NCBI GenBank assembly: GCA_040755755.1
Contig: JBFLZW010000031.1
Location: 64,561-128,560, forward strand
Source: a bacterium
GTDB taxonomy: Bacteria > SZUA-182 > DTGQ01
Reading direction: 5' to 3'
Length of the DNA stretch: 64,000 bases
A program made the translations under genes and the position numbers. Positions 1 through 8,384 of the stretch are shown in pieces (the first letter of the stretch is position 1; each line of letters begins with the position of its first letter). The notes beneath the pieces were generated by a model. That model did not search any database. It was not told the origin of the DNA and saw nothing but the letters and a program-made list of their open reading frames with translations.

Positions 1-695
1 TTCTGCGCCGTTATGTTCCCGGATTTGAAAAGGCTCACATCGCCCAGAGCGGATCTACAATTGGCGTGCGGGAAACTCGCAGAATCATGGGAGAATATCA
101 ACTGACGATCGACGATATTCTGACAGCACGAAAGTTTGACGATGTCATTGCCCGGGGCTCCTACCCGATCGATATCCATAATCCGGACGGGGCTGGAACC
201 ACCTTGAAGCAGCTTCCCCCCGGCGAGGCATACGATATCCCGCTGCGCTGCCTTATTCCCCGGGGAACGGAAAACCTCCTGGTTGCCGGGCGATGTATCT
301 CCGGGACGCATGAGGCGCACTCCTCCTACCGGGTCATGCCCATTGCCATAGCCACCGGCCAGGCAGCCGGGGTGTGCGCTGCCATCGCCGCCCGTGCAGG
401 CAGGGCTGTACGGGACATCCCCACCTGGGTCGTGCAGGATGAGCTTATCCTCCAGGGAGCCAATCTGGGTGCTGGACTGGAGAGCGACGCTGTGGTGGGC
501 GATGTGATGATACATGAGGAGATTAATGAGAAGCCTCAGGTGAGAACCGGTGAAGAGAACGCTCTGGAGTCCGGGGGGAAAGAGATATGCCTGGTAGGCA
601 GCGAAAAAGAGATATACCCGCTCGACGGTGATATCAGAAAAGTTGAGGCAGATGATATTCTTGTTGAGCCAGACGTTGACGCAGATAAATGGTAA
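1..695 (+). CDS. FAD-dependent oxidoreductase, C-terminal part (5' end outside window)
   Basis: Frame 3 is open from the window edge (LRRYVPGFEKAHIAQSGSTIGVRETRRI...), so the listed GTG at 66 is internal. Motifs GVRETRRI, SYPIDIHNP, PLRCLIP, LLVAGRCISGTHEAHSSYRVMP and GQAAG resemble the C-terminal half of FAD_oxidored-type flavoproteins, by recollection. Stop at 693-695. Confidence 0.7.
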   Translation, partial: LRRYVPGFEKAHIAQSGSTIGVRETRRIMGEYQLTIDDILTARKFDDVIARGSYPIDIHNPDGAGTTLKQLPPGEAYDIPLRCLIPRGTENLLVAGRCISGTHEAHSSYRVMPIAIATGQAAGVCAAIAARAGRAVRDIPTWVVQDELILQGANLGAGLESDAVVGDVMIHEEINEKPQVRTGEENALESGGKEICLVGSEKEIYPLDGDIRKVEADDILVEPDVDADKW

Positions 696-792
696 TAAGC
701 AATGGAGCCTCACATTCTCAGGATGGAAACTTTGTGGTTCAGATCGAAACAGATGGGCGCTCTGTCCCTGAATAGTTCCGAATGGGGGAGAA

Positions 793-835
793 ATGCCGGG
801 AGAGAGGGGTTAGGCTATTGTCCCTCTCCCGGCAT
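793..835. terminator. GC-rich hairpin between convergent genes (possible bidirectional terminator)
   Basis: Perfect 12-bp stem ATGCCGGGAGAG (793-804) / CTCTCCCGGCAT (824-835). It lies between the flavoprotein stop (695) and the NifX-like stop (1173). There is no U-tract, so the terminator role is a guess. Confidence 0.25.
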
Positions 836-1172
836 CTCCCATCAGGGAGTATGGTGGCGCTCCCGGGAAATTGCAGCCTGACCCCCGATTATGAAACCGA
901 GGGGCCAAGCTGTGCTGGGGATGGAGAAGGCGAGACCACCGGCCCAAAGGGGTCCTGCCTGTTTCTTCTGAGCCGCTGTAAGTCAACAAGTTTCTTGATC
1001 CCCCCGGAAATCCTCGATGGTCCCGCACCTGGGAGTTGTGGCTTACTGCTTCCGGTGTCTGTTCTCATGCCTGTTGTTCCTCCCTATCGAGGAATTCCGA
1101 GGGGTTCCGATGGCATAACCTGGTATTTTCTATGTACTGAAGCTCAATTCTTCACTTTACTGTTTCTTATTA

Positions 1173-1535
1173 TTACCTGCCCTGCAATCTCCTGCACCTT
1201 CTCAGGCAGCCTGGCATAGCCATTGCCGGATTGGGTAGATTACCTGCAAGATAGGCCGAAATGACATCCTCGGCTTCGCCGGCGATGAACGGTATTATCC
1301 GGATGCCGTATGCTGCCAGTAAGTTGGACAGACATCGGGAAATGGCTCCGCAGAGCAGCGTTTCCACTTTCATGTCAGCCAATCTGCCTGCCCTTCGAAG
1401 CGGATCATTGTCATCCAGTACCTGCCTGTTTCTGGCGATAACGGTTCCATTCTCGATGTCCAAAATAAGGATCTGCCGGGATACATCGAAAACCGGCGAA
1501 ACCCTTCCATTCCAGATTGCCAGGGCTGTTCTCAT
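1173..1535 (-). CDS. NifB/NifX-family (dinitrogenase FeMo-cofactor-binding fold) small protein
   Basis: 120 aa. The pattern ALAIWNGRVSPVFDVSRQILILDIENG ... VETLLCGAISRCLSNLLAAYGIRIIPFIAGEAEDVISAYL fits the Nitro_FeMo-Co domain layout. A GGAGAG Shine-Dalgarno (SD) sequence lies 8-13 nt upstream of the ATG, and a sigma-54 promoter lies just upstream. Confidence 0.7.
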   Translation of the reverse strand: MRTALAIWNGRVSPVFDVSRQILILDIENGTVIARNRQVLDDNDPLRRAGRLADMKVETLLCGAISRCLSNLLAAYGIRIIPFIAGEAEDVISAYLAGNLPNPAMAMPGCLRRCRRLQGR

Positions 1536-1569
1536 GGTGCATTCTCTCCAGTATCACTTCCGAAGAGTA

Positions 1570-1585
1570 AGCATCTGATGTGCCA
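1570..1585 (-). promoter_or_regulatory. sigma-54 (-24/-12) promoter candidate for the NifX-like gene
   Basis: The minus strand reads TGGCAC-ATCAG-ATGCT against the consensus TGGCAC-N5-TTGCW. GG/GC spacing is correct, with one mismatch in the -12 box. It lies about 35 nt upstream of the ATG at 1535 and directly downstream of a sigma-54 EBP gene on the same strand. Confidence 0.5.
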
Positions 1586-1735
1586 GCTTGAGGAGAATAC
1601 AAAACGAGGCAGGTAAGTAAAGCAATTACAAATGGTTCACAAGTTTTTTACTGACTGGTAAGGCATCATGCGCTGTCTTTTCAGTCGCAGGGATGCGACC
1701 CTATGCACGAATGAAGTTGCTTCTCTGCTACTGTG

Positions 1736-3133
1736 CTACTGCTCGAAGCGATGGCGTCCATCTTTTTCAGGAAGGATAATGCCGAGCGCCTTGATCTTGC
1801 GAAACAGGGTGCTCTTGTGCATACCCAGCTCACGCGCTGCCGCCAGACGGTTAAAGCGGTTTCGCTGGAGAGCTTCCCGGATTGCCTGGGCTTCGACCGT
1901 CCGGATAGCGGTAGTTATTTCGCCCGCACTGGAAGGCAGGGGATCGCGGGCGATGAATTCATCCGGGAGATGGCAGAGCTCGATCCGGTCCTGATCGCAG
2001 AGAACAAAGGCATATTCGATGATATTTTCCAGTTCGCGGATATTGCCGGGATAGTCGTGGGCCATAAGAAAGGCCATTACCTGCGGGCTGACGCCGGGGA
2101 TGGATTTACCCTGCGTGCGGTTGAATCGCGATACGAAATGCTCCACCAGAAGAGGGATATCCTCTTTGCGTTTTCGCAAGGGAGGAAGATCCATCCTGAC
2201 CACGTTGATCCGATAGTACAGATCCTGCCGGAAAGCACCTTTCTTGACCTGTGCGGCAAGGTTGCGGTTGGTGGCGGCGATCACCCGGACATTGGCTTTT
2301 ACGGATGCCGTACCACCGAGGGGTTCATAGACTCTTTCCTGCAATACCCGCAGCAGCCGGATCTGCAAAGCCTGACTCACCTCGGCGATTTCATCCAGAA
2401 AGAGCGTCCCCCCTTCGGCCAGGGCAAAACGGCCTGGTTTATCTTTATCCGCTCCGGTGAAAGCACCTGCCTTGTAGCCAAAGAGCTCCGATTCCAGAAG
2501 GGTATCGGGCAGCGCACCGCAATTGATGGCCACGAAGGGGTTATTGCGCCGGGGGCTGAGATTGTGCAGCGTGCGGGCCAGAAGCTCCTTGCCGGACCCT
2601 GTCTCTCCCTGAATGAGGACGGTACTGTCACTTGCCGACACCTGGGGCAGGACATCGAATATCCTGCGCATCGAGGTGCTGCGGCTCACCAGGTCACCCG
2701 CCTGGAAGCGGCCTTCCAGTTCTTTGCGAAGCTCCTCGACCAGGCTCAGGTCACGGAAGGTTTCCGCACCACCGATTACCTGCCCCCTTTCGTTTCGCAA
2801 AAGAGCCGTAGACAGACTGATGGGAATGCGCCTTCCTCCGGCATCAACGATAAAGGCGGACCTGTTGATGATCGGAATTCCCGTTTCCAGGGTGCATCGC
2901 AGGGCACAATCCACTTCGCACATGCTGGAGCGAAAGACCTCCGAGCACAGCCTGCCGATGGCTTCCTCGCGGTCAATCCCCATGATTTCCTCCGCGGCAC
3001 GGTTGAAGGAGGTAATCCGCCAGCTACTGTCCACGGTAAATACCCCGTCGGAAATACTCTCCAGGATGATTTCAGTCGGGTTGGAAGTACTCTGTTGTAT
3101 CGTTATTTTGCTCTTTTCATGCAGCTTTCTCAT
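1736..3133 (-). CDS. sigma-54-dependent transcriptional activator with N-terminal PAS domain (bEBP, Fis-type HTH)
   Basis: 465 aa. The N-terminus is PAS-like (SISDGVFTVDSSWRITSFNRAAEEIMG). The AAA+ core has Walker A GETGSGKE, a GAFTGA loop and Walker B LFLDEI. The C-terminal HTH is AARELGMHKSTLFRKIK. Confidence 0.92.
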   Translation of the reverse strand: MRKLHEKSKITIQQSTSNPTEIILESISDGVFTVDSSWRITSFNRAAEEIMGIDREEAIGRLCSEVFRSSMCEVDCALRCTLETGIPIINRSAFIVDAGGRRIPISLSTALLRNERGQVIGGAETFRDLSLVEELRKELEGRFQAGDLVSRSTSMRRIFDVLPQVSASDSTVLIQGETGSGKELLARTLHNLSPRRNNPFVAINCGALPDTLLESELFGYKAGAFTGADKDKPGRFALAEGGTLFLDEIAEVSQALQIRLLRVLQERVYEPLGGTASVKANVRVIAATNRNLAAQVKKGAFRQDLYYRINVVRMDLPPLRKRKEDIPLLVEHFVSRFNRTQGKSIPGVSPQVMAFLMAHDYPGNIRELENIIEYAFVLCDQDRIELCHLPDEFIARDPLPSSAGEITTAIRTVEAQAIREALQRNRFNRLAAARELGMHKSTLFRKIKALGIILPEKDGRHRFEQ

Positions 3134-3151
3134 GGCATGTACTATCCTTCA

Positions 3152-4075
3152 TCAAGGGCTGAAAAGAAAAAGGCGGCGGATCCGCTTCCACAGCTTTTTT
3201 TTCCTGATCTCACGGATAGCCTGGCGGGCGGCCTTCTCTCCTTCCTGGATACATTCTCTGGCCCGGGAAAAATCAGCCCAGTTAAACTCTCCCACTCTTG
3301 GGCAGATCAGCACATCAGCCTCCCGCAGTTGGTTATTCCGCAGGGAAAACAGGGTGATATCATAGGAGCGCATGACCACGTCGAGCCCGCTCTTCAAAGA
3401 ATGCAGGGGCTTCAACCGGCTCTTGCCCACGTTGCAGGCTATGACCAGATCAGCTCCCAACTGGCGGGACGCATGGATGGGAACCAGACTGATGCAGCCC
3501 CCGTCAACCAGGGTTCTCCCGCCAATGCAGACCGGCGGCAGGATTGACGGTATGGCACAGGAGGCGGCGACAGCTTCCCGGATAAGCCCCTGACTTAAAA
3601 TGATTTCCGTGCCTGATTCGATATCCGTGGCTACCAGATAGAGGGGTATACGGCTCTCCTGAAACCTGGCCTCACCAAAAAGATACGAGCTGTTCTCCCG
3701 GACAACGTCGGGAGAAATAAACGACAGCCTGGTCAATGACCGGCTGAAGAAAATACCCTTTTCCAGTAAGCCGGTGGGGATGACAGGCAGCAGCCATTTC
3801 CTGGGCTTGTTCCCGCTCTCCTCTGCACCCTCCCTGATAAAAGAATCTATCCGGAGTTTTTTAAACGGCTCGCTCTCGAGATACTCCAAAACTCTCTTCT
3901 CAAGACTGTCAGCCCTCGGGTCCAGAGCATAGAGCCCGCCGATAATGGCACCGATGCTGGTACCGACAAGCAGGTCGAATTGGAACCTCTCCTCTTCCAG
4001 CACCTTGAGAACCCCGATATGGGCCAGCCCCCGTGCAGCTCCACCTCCCAGGGCCAATGCAATTTTCATAGCCAT
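3152..4075 (-). CDS. patatin-like phospholipase
   Basis: Contains the GGGAARG oxyanion motif, a GTSIGA (GxSxG) nucleophile elbow and a LVDGG Asp motif. The start at M23 (4075) is preferred over the listed 4141, because that removes the overlap with the upstream DUF1232 gene. The alternative start is 4141. Confidence 0.85.
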   Translation of the reverse strand: MAMKIALALGGGAARGLAHIGVLKVLEEERFQFDLLVGTSIGAIIGGLYALDPRADSLEKRVLEYLESEPFKKLRIDSFIREGAEESGNKPRKWLLPVIPTGLLEKGIFFSRSLTRLSFISPDVVRENSSYLFGEARFQESRIPLYLVATDIESGTEIILSQGLIREAVAASCAIPSILPPVCIGGRTLVDGGCISLVPIHASRQLGADLVIACNVGKSRLKPLHSLKSGLDVVMRSYDITLFSLRNNQLREADVLICPRVGEFNWADFSRARECIQEGEKAARQAIREIRKKKLWKRIRRLFLFSP

Positions 4076-4106
4076 CGATCGCTTTTCGAGCCAGCGGTTT
4101 GCTTGT

Positions 4107-4469
4107 TTATTTCTGGTTTTTGAGCCGCTTTTCCCGGTCAATGCGGGCTACCTGCTCCCGCACTGCCTCTGGCGGCGACCAGGACAAAAACATTCGTAAG
4201 CCAAGGATCAGTACAATAATGTCATCAATCCCCCCGATCACGGGTATGAGAAAACCCGGTATCAAATCGATAGGGCTGATGATATACAGGAAAATCCCTG
4301 CCAGGAATAATTTCAGATACACAGGGACCCGGCTATCCAGAAACAGGCGGTAAAAGAGCTTGAGAAAATCCGGCAGATGCCAGAGAAGCCGGAAGAGGTG
4401 CAAGGGATTAAGCAGTTGTAAACCAAAGGGATTTTCCAGCAATTTTTGCTCCTCTCCCCATATGATCAC
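4107..4469 (-). CDS. DUF1232 (YkvA-like) membrane protein
   Basis: 120 aa. The motif ISPIDLIPGFLIPVIGGIDDIIV is typical of DUF1232. The GTG start shares GTGA with the stop of the upstream TPR gene. Confidence 0.7.
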   Translation of the reverse strand: MIIWGEEQKLLENPFGLQLLNPLHLFRLLWHLPDFLKLFYRLFLDSRVPVYLKLFLAGIFLYIISPIDLIPGFLIPVIGGIDDIIVLILGLRMFLSWSPPEAVREQVARIDREKRLKNQK

Positions 4470-5755
4470 TCCCCTGCTCCGGCAAGGTTACGGCCTATGT
4501 AACGCTGCATCTCCTCTTCTCCTTCAGTATGTATATGGCCTTTGAGATAAAGATTCCAGTGGAGAGCAGCCTGCTCTTTTTTGCCCTGCTTCTCATAGGC
4601 CATGGCCAAGGCAGCCCGGCATTCCGGGTAATCGGGATTGATGGCCAGCGCCTTTTCAAACTCTCCCACAGCATCCGGCATATTTCCCTTCTCGGCATAG
4701 AGAGTCCCCAGATAGTAATGAAGGTCCGGATAATGAGGCTGAGCAGCAATTGCCTTGAGTATCATACTGATACTCTGATCGATCTCTCCCGCTTTCAGGT
4801 AAGTCAGGGCCAGGCTGATCATCGCCTGGACATAGCCGGGATTGATCTTGAGAGATTTGAGAAAGGTTTCGATAGCCCGCTGATGGAGACCCTTTTTAGC
4901 GTAATACATCCCAAGCTGATAGTGAAGGTCTGCATAGTTTGGATTTACCAGTACGGCCTTTTCGTAAAACAGGATGGTATTGGAGATAATGTCGTCGCCT
5001 TCAGTCAGTTGAACCGACGGGCCAAGAAGAGGCCGAGAGACATCAATTGGTGGAGCGGCAAAAACCCTTGAAAATTCTTCGAGTAATTTCTGATTGCAGT
5101 CGGTCTTCCGAAGCTCGCCGCCCCGGTCAGACAGGGAGCATTCCTCGATAAGGGCCATTTTTATCCTGGCTTCCCGGTAATGAGGATTAACTTCGAGCGC
5201 CTTCTGGAATTCCTTCATGGCTGCATTGAACCGGTGGGCAAGACCATGAATCGAACCAAGCAGGTAGTAGAAATCAGCATAGCGGGGATTAATTTCCAGG
5301 GCTTTCCGGTAGCATTCCGCGGCCTCGTTCAGGCGGCGGAGCTTAACATAGGTAAATCCCAGAAGGGAAATAGCCGCCGTATAGCGGGGATTGATTTCCA
5401 GCGCCCTGCGAAGCTCCTGTTCCGCCCGGTCAAATTCCCCAAGAGAGCACAAGCACTGTCCCAGATGGTAGTGAATGTCCGCGTAGTTGCCGCTGATCCG
5501 CGCGGCAGCAGCCAAATGCTCCACTGCCTTGTCGTACATCCCCAGGTGCTCGTATGCAAACCCCAGGTGCAGATAGGATTCCTTCAGATAAAAGAGAGAA
5601 AAGGTATGGAAAATACCTGCTTTTTTAGGCTGGGAAATGATTCTGCTGAATCCCTCGATAGCCTGTTCGAAATTTCCCTGCTCATAATGCCCGAGGGCTT
5701 GAGAATAGATGCTATTCTGGCCAAGAAACGGGAACTTGCCAACGATCTGGTTCAT
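4466..5755 (-). CDS. tetratricopeptide-repeat (TPR) protein
   Basis: 429 aa. It has many 34-aa repeats with recurring ALEINPRYA / ALEVNPHY / ALAINPDYP signatures. It is the first gene of a co-directional run (TPR-DUF1232-patatin-EBP). Confidence 0.85.
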   Translation of the reverse strand: MNQIVGKFPFLGQNSIYSQALGHYEQGNFEQAIEGFSRIISQPKKAGIFHTFSLFYLKESYLHLGFAYEHLGMYDKAVEHLAAAARISGNYADIHYHLGQCLCSLGEFDRAEQELRRALEINPRYTAAISLLGFTYVKLRRLNEAAECYRKALEINPRYADFYYLLGSIHGLAHRFNAAMKEFQKALEVNPHYREARIKMALIEECSLSDRGGELRKTDCNQKLLEEFSRVFAAPPIDVSRPLLGPSVQLTEGDDIISNTILFYEKAVLVNPNYADLHYQLGMYYAKKGLHQRAIETFLKSLKINPGYVQAMISLALTYLKAGEIDQSISMILKAIAAQPHYPDLHYYLGTLYAEKGNMPDAVGEFEKALAINPDYPECRAALAMAYEKQGKKEQAALHWNLYLKGHIHTEGEEEMQRYIGRNLAGAGE

Positions 5756-5928
5756 AGGATGAACTATAGAGTATCACCGGAAAAAAGTCAAGAGGAGGAG
5801 TCGGGATCAGCAAAAAGTTCAATATTCACCCGTTCGTAGTATAAATATGTTGGCCATTATGTCAGCCACCGGATTCATTCTCTGTCATTCCCGCCTCCGC
5901 TGGAATGACGGGATTGGAGGCTTGTGAG

Positions 5929-6131
5929 AGGTATTGGGTGGGGCAAGAGCCTGGAAGTACCTAAGATATTTGGTAGACACAAGCCCCACCCTCCATTCTA
6001 CATTTAAGGTCAAGAAGAGCAATAGCTCAACACCTCTGGGTTTGTATCCCACCGAACACCTTGAATGGAGGGTGGGGCTTGTACCTACCGGACCCCATAT
6101 CCTCCCATGCCCTGTAGCCCCACCGGATACC
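5929..6131. repeat. nested inverted-repeat element built on four alternating GGTGGGGC copies
   Basis: Inner inverted repeat (IR): 5972-5998 pairs with 6063-6089, with a 20-bp perfect core ACAAGCCCCACCCTCCATTC / GAATGGAGGGTGGGGCTTGT. Outer IR: GGTATTGGGTGGGGC (5929-5943) pairs with GCCCCACCGGATACC (6117-6131), 13 of 15 matching. A separate hairpin GTCATTCC/GGAATGAC sits at 5883-5908. Confidence 0.65.
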
Positions 6132-6190
6132 TGATAAATGAGAGCTCCAATTTGCGTTTGACCGAATAGTATCCATAGCGAACCTGCCGC

Positions 6191-6247
6191 TCTCTGTGTC
6201 TCTATGGTGTCCTTATGTCTTTGCCTTTGCCTCTGTCTTTGTCTTTC
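6191..6247. repeat. short tandem repeats (octamer TCTCTGTG-type, then hexamer YCTYTG x5)
   Basis: TCTCTGTG TCTCTATG at 6191-6206, then TCTTTG CCTTTG CCTCTG TCTTTG TCTTTC at 6218-6247. TCTCTGTG is the complement of the CACAGAGA unit found at 25251-25266. Confidence 0.55.
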
Positions 6248-6383
6248 TTGAGTAATTGCTCATTGAAATAGTAATAATAGGGTTGATTTGGCCGAAGAGA
6301 TTTGGTAAGGTAATGTGTAAGCAATTTAAGCTGAAAATGAACATAATTATCATCTTTTTCCGCACTTAAATTGAGTAATTATT

Positions 6384-8375
6384 ATGCCTGATGAAGGAAG
6401 AAAAAGAGTCAGTATCGAGGGGGTCAAGCCGGAAATCGACGGCGGACGTTTTCCAATTAAAAGAGTTGCCGGAGAAAAGGTCATCGTGCAGGCGGATATC
6501 TTCGCCGATGGGCATGACTCGATTTCAGCCAATCTTTTATACCGCAAAGGAGCTGAAACCGACTGGCAGGAGACTCCCCTGCAATTCCTGGTCAATGACC
6601 GGTGGCAGGGAGAATTTGTGGTTGACGGTCCGGCTGTCTATTTCTACACGATCGAAGGCTGGATCGATCACTTCAAAACCTGGCAGAAAGACCTGAGAAA
6701 GAAATTCGAGGCCGGACAGGACTTACGGGTAGATATCCTCATCGGTATCGAACACCTTGAATCGGCCGCGAAGAGGGCTCCGGCGAGCGAAGCCGCAAGG
6801 CTCCTCGAATTTGCCGGTATTTTCAGAAACGCGACGGATGTTCAGACAGTGGTCTTGGCCGCTCTTGGCCGTGAGCTTGGCGAATTGATGGCCCAAAATC
6901 CCGACAAAAAATTGTCTACCCGCTACGGGCGGGAGCTCGAGGTTGTGGTCGATCGAAAGCGCGCTCTGTTCAGCTCCTGGTATGAGCGGTTTCCCCGCAG
7001 TTGTTCCCCGCAGCCTGATCGTCCGGGAACCTTGCGGGATTGTGAGCAGCTCATTCCGGAAATAGCCAAAATGGGCTTTGATGTTTTCTACCTTCCTCCC
7101 ATTCATCCGATATCCGAAACCAGCCGCAAAGGCAGAAACAATTCGCCGAACGCCAGTCCAGGTGATGTCGGCAGCCCCTGGGCTATCGGATCAAAGGAAG
7201 GGGGGCATCGGGCGATTCACCCTCAGCTTGGGACGATGGAGGATTTTGAACGGCTGCTCAGGAGGGCTGAAAGCTTTGGAATAGAGATCGCCATGGATCT
7301 GGCCTTCCAGTGCGGCTGCGACCATCCTTACGTTCAGGAGCACCCTGAGTGGTTCAGATGGCGGCCTGACGGCACGGTTCAGTATGCCGAGAATCCTCCC
7401 AAAAAGTATGAGGATATCCTCCCGCTCAATTTTGAAACAGCCTCCTGGCAGATGCTCTGGGAGGAGCTGAAGGGGGTGGTGCTGTTCTGGATCGGGAAGG
7501 GAGTGCGGATCTTCCGGGTCGATAATCCCCATACCAAACCCTTTCCCTTTTGGGAGTGGCTGATCAGGGAAATTAAAAGGGATTACCCCGATGTTATTTT
7601 CCTGGCCGAGGCTTTCACCCGGCCAAAGCTCATGCAGCGCCTGGCCAAGCTTGGATTTACGCAAAGCTACACCTATTTCACCTGGAGAAACAGCCGGCAT
7701 GAGTTGACCGCCTATCTCGAGGAACTGACTAAGACCGACATGGCCGAGTATTTCAGGCCGAACTTCTGGCCCAACACACCGGACATTCTCCCTGAGCACC
7801 TCCAGTATGGGGGAAGGCCGGCCTTTATCATCAGGCTTGTTCTGGCGGCAACCCTTTCTTCCAGCTATGGCGTCTACGGGCCTGCCTTTGAGCTGTGCGT
7901 GAGCGAGGGCCTGCCAGGCAGGGAAGAGTATGCGAACTCGGAAAAATACGAGATTAGATACTGGGGGGATTTGAGCCGGCAGGCGGGAAACCTGCGGGAT
8001 TATCTGCGCAAGATCAACAGTATCAGGAGGGATAACCCGGCTCTGCAGACTACCCGGAACCTGCAATTTTACGAAACGGAGAACGAGTATCTCATTGCCT
8101 ATGGGAAGGCCACCGATGACCTTTCCAATATCGTCCTGGTGGTGGTCAACCTCGACCCCTTCCATATCCAGTCCGGATGGGTAAAACTTCCCCTCTCCCA
8201 ATTCGGCATAGGCCCGGACCAGCCATACCTGGTTCACGATCTGATCAGCGAGATCAAATATATCTGGTATGGCGAGAGAAATTATATAGAGCTTAATCCC
8301 AATCTTCTTCCTGCACATATTTTGAGAATCAGGAAGAGGCTGAAAAGAGAAACCGACTTCGATTATTTCGTGTGA
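6384..8375 (+). CDS. glgE: alpha-1,4-glucan:maltose-1-phosphate maltosyltransferase
   Basis: 663 aa. The N-terminus IEGVKPEIDGGRFPIKRVAGEKV..ADIFADGHD is characteristic of GlgE. The GH13 core has FRVDNPHTKP and FLAEAFTRP. Confidence 0.9.
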   Translation: MPDEGRKRVSIEGVKPEIDGGRFPIKRVAGEKVIVQADIFADGHDSISANLLYRKGAETDWQETPLQFLVNDRWQGEFVVDGPAVYFYTIEGWIDHFKTWQKDLRKKFEAGQDLRVDILIGIEHLESAAKRAPASEAARLLEFAGIFRNATDVQTVVLAALGRELGELMAQNPDKKLSTRYGRELEVVVDRKRALFSSWYERFPRSCSPQPDRPGTLRDCEQLIPEIAKMGFDVFYLPPIHPISETSRKGRNNSPNASPGDVGSPWAIGSKEGGHRAIHPQLGTMEDFERLLRRAESFGIEIAMDLAFQCGCDHPYVQEHPEWFRWRPDGTVQYAENPPKKYEDILPLNFETASWQMLWEELKGVVLFWIGKGVRIFRVDNPHTKPFPFWEWLIREIKRDYPDVIFLAEAFTRPKLMQRLAKLGFTQSYTYFTWRNSRHELTAYLEELTKTDMAEYFRPNFWPNTPDILPEHLQYGGRPAFIIRLVLAATLSSSYGVYGPAFELCVSEGLPGREEYANSEKYEIRYWGDLSRQAGNLRDYLRKINSIRRDNPALQTTRNLQFYETENEYLIAYGKATDDLSNIVLVVVNLDPFHIQSGWVKLPLSQFGIGPDQPYLVHDLISEIKYIWYGERNYIELNPNLLPAHILRIRKRLKRETDFDYFV

Positions 8376-8384
8376 GGAAGGGAA

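Noticed and set aside
782-1219. 145-aa plus-strand ORF in the convergent spacer
   Set aside because: It covers a GC-rich hairpin, has odd composition and no SD, and overlaps the 3' end of the NifX-like gene. I do not consider it coding.
1733-3547. 604-aa ORF on the plus strand spanning the EBP and patatin genes
   Set aside because: It lies antisense to two genes with clear domain motifs. It has low-complexity Arg/Gly/Ala/Pro-rich composition, no SD and no recognisable motif. This is a typical shadow ORF.
5934-6134. 66-aa ORF in the glgE upstream spacer
   Set aside because: Its sequence is dictated by the nested inverted repeats (GGTGGGGC boxes). It is a spurious REP-type ORF.
7191-8318. 375-aa minus-strand ORF inside glgE. 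Similar long antisense ORFs occur at 8805-9683, 12037-13047, 22241-23434, 35841-36578 and 59811-61100.
   Set aside because: All are mirror frames of strongly supported genes (glgE, treS, glgB, rSAM, transketolase, GH57). They have implausible composition and no family signatures.
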